A stretch of DNA of 63,801 nucleotides, the filler included, from Octopus bimaculoides (lineage: Eukaryota), in the NCBI RefSeq assembly GCF_001194135.2. It is 4 parts of 4 records of this genome, joined end to end, with 100 filler letters (N's around TTAATTAATTAA, not from the genome) between each part and the next. Parts side by side here need not be neighbours in the genome. Positions count along the whole stretch, not along the records: positions 56,151 to 63,801 come from NC_068993.1; 3 more parts are not named here. The stretch is one strand, 5' to 3'. Positions 61,266 to 63,801 of this stretch are shown piece by piece. The notes under the pieces are model-generated. The model was not told where the DNA came from. It worked only from the letters and a program-made list of their open reading frames with translations, and did not search any database. Position 1 is the first letter of the stretch. The number at the start of each line of letters is the position of its first letter. A program made the position numbers and the translations under genes.

Positions 61266-62902
61266 CACTTATGTCTGAGTGCACGTTTAATCTATTTGCG
61301 TGTGTGTGGTCCAATACATAATCCGGTCACTCAGTCCGAACTAAATATCCCAGTACTTCTTTAGTGTTTATATAACAATTTAAAATATTTATCCATTTAA
61401 TATGTTTCTAGCCTTAATTTTATGCTTTTTCTTGGATCTGACTCCGACCACAGAACACAGGGTTCCAGTTATAAAACATTTAGTATTTTCTTTAATGGTT
61501 CCATTGGGTCTTTTAATTTCCTTTTACTGTTTAGTATATATTTTTTTATTTTTACATTTACTGGGTTTTTATTTTTACTTTTACTGGGTTTTTAAAATTT
61601 TTTACATTTATCTAGTTTTATATATTTTATTTTTATTCCATTTTTATTTTTTTACTAGAGTGCAAGAAGCACACAACTCCCTTTGCGTATATTTAATCCG
61701 ATAAATTATTTTCACAATAAATCATTCGGAATTCCACATAGTACACTTATTAACAAATACATGTCAGAAGTATTAGTATTCTAATGTTATAACGAGGATG
61801 ATGGATAGCCGAATGGGCAGAGCATAGTTAGTATTCGATCACGCATCTGTGCGTTCTGAGTTCAAATTTTATCAGTGTCAGTTCAACTTTGTTTAAACTA
61901 TTCCTTCCTAGCTGTGTGCAGGCGCACGCGTGTTTTGTAACCAGAATACAAACCAGCACGCAGACACACACACACACACACACGCACACACACACACACA
62001 CACAAACACACGTTGGACTAGCCTGATGAGGAAAGCTGACTGAAATAACAAAAATAAGACACGTCAAAAAGTTGGATGAACCCAGCAATGGTCAAAGACA
62101 ATTTAGAAACAATTACGGAAAGCGACTATTATGTTGGAGAAATTTCAGAACAGTATCCCATAGGAATAAGAGAAGAGAAATAACTCAGTGTGGCATGTGT
62201 TTGAACAACATAGACAAATATAGGTATACCAAATACCATACAACATAAATTTTAGAATTATCCCCGCTTCTAGATGATGTGTCACAATTACCAGATGGCA
62301 CTTAAGACTAGCTCCACATGAGAAAGGGAGATAATCTCAAGAACCAAGAATTCTCCAAGGCTGGACATGAAACTAAGGAAAATTAGAAGCTTATTATCTG
62401 GAGGTAAGTGGACAGTGGTGGACACGTGTTTCTGACTCATGACATCCTCAATTGGCAAAGAATGCCACATGAAATAATGCAGCCTCAAGTACTCAGCATC
62501 AGTCTAAAGTGTCATATCTACAGCTGAGTAACCCTTGTTAAAATGTCTACTCGATCGGGACTAATCTTGGAATATACCCAAAACATTTGACAAGAGATGT
62601 TTATGACCAAGCCTGACCTAGGGCTAGATCACAGGAACATCAATAACAACAACATCCTTCATTCTTCATCTCACATCCTTAATCCCGTCTAATCCCTCCT
62701 TAGTCTCATATCTCTCTGACATGCGGTACCGAAACACTGCCCAATTATGCTTGCTTAAGCAGCAGACCGGACGGTTACATTTCAGACATATCCCTTTACA
62801 ATCAGAGCGCAAAAAACACAGAGATTTACTTCGTCATTCATTCCTCTAGGGGATCATTAAACGAAATTAATTCAGAATTAGTTCAACTAACGCTACGTAT
62901 AG

Positions 62903-63265
62903 GCTCAGGCATGTTTGAGTGGTAGTAAAAAGCTTGCTTCCCAACCATATGGTTCTGGGTTCAGTCCCACTGCGTGGCGCCTTGGGCAAGTATCTTTTAA
63001 TATAGCCCAGGGCCAACCAGAAACTGAAAGAAGCCAGTCATGTGTGTGTGTGTGTGCGTGTGTGTGTGTGTGTATCTGTGTCTGTGTGTATCTGTGTCTG
63101 TGCCTGTGTTTGTCCGCCACTACCATTTGACCACTGGTGCTGGTGTGTTTTCGTCTGTAACTTAGCAGTGCAGGACAGAAACACCGATAGAATAAATACG
63201 TGGCTTTAGCCCGCCGAGGCCGTACTCCTGCATGGCCGCAGTCAAATGGCTGAAACAAGTAAAAT
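62903..63265 (+). mobile_element. Full-length SINE family B
   Basis: tRNA-like head, (TG)n core, and tail ending CATGGCCGCAGTCAAATGGCTGAAACAAGTAAAA. Confidence 0.88.
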
Positions 63266-63469
63266 ATATCTTTGATATTTTTCCCACGAACCATATTAGA
63301 AAGCAATATTTGTAAGTAGAAATATGTTAATATTTTTAAGAGTGAAGATTGATGTATAATTCGTGAACATATTACTGTAAGGTGGTCTGAGAGATTAAAA
63401 CAATCATTTGAAGTAGATTGGGGTGATTGCGAGCAAAAGAAAGCATTTGATGACAGATGATACTGGGAT

Positions 63470-63473
63470 ATTA

Positions 63474-63532
<59 letters not shown>

Positions 63533-63573
63533 TACTGCTACTACTACTACTACTACTGCTGCTTCTGCTGCTG

Positions 63574-63644
<71 letters not shown>

Positions 63645-63645
63645 T
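63470..63645. repeat. Stepwise trinucleotide microsatellite (ATT)n-(ACT)n-(GCT)n
   Basis: Visible directly. Confidence 0.95.
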
Positions 63646-63801
63646 CTGTTATCCTTTTCTTTCTTTTCTTATGAAATATTTTGAATAAACAATCAACTTC
63701 AGAAGTTTATACATGAATATCATATGTGATTATATATATGAGAGTTGCAACACAAATATGTCAGTGAGTGTGTGTGTGTGTGTGTGTGTGGTGTGTGAGT
63801 G

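Noticed and set aside
63423-63674. Poly-Ile/Thr/Ala ORF
   Set aside because: It is a trinucleotide microsatellite with no splice or coding context.

Overview
Eukaryotic, AT-rich, repeat-dense genomic DNA with many N gaps. The SINE and RTE families point to an octopus (coleoid cephalopod) assembly; this is inferred by recognising repeat families, not by a database search. Three identical synthetic 100-bp spacers (N44-TTAATTAATTAA-N44) show that the window is four joined scaffold pieces: 1-19111, 19212-32526, 32627-56050 and 56151-end. There is one convincing protein-coding region, an uninterrupted minus-strand CDS at 7423-8988 (521 aa from the first ATG). It has an IFIT-like tetratricopeptide-repeat N-terminal part fused to a C-terminal TIR domain. 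A strong splice acceptor lies just upstream, a TGA-TAA-TAG triple stop closes it, and three tandem AATAAA signals follow. This candidate RNA-sensor/TIR-effector fusion is the most interesting object in the window. Two small upstream minus-strand exon candidates could add a spliced upstream ORF. The remainder is transposon debris: RTE, Tx1/L1, CR1-group, R4/Dong-type and Penelope retroelements; Tc1, mariner, MULE, hAT and piggyBac-like DNA transposons; several tRNA-derived SINE families; and long foldback elements. There are also two minimal hammerhead-ribozyme motifs and many microsatellites. Most ORFs in the supplied track are artefacts of N runs or microsatellites.
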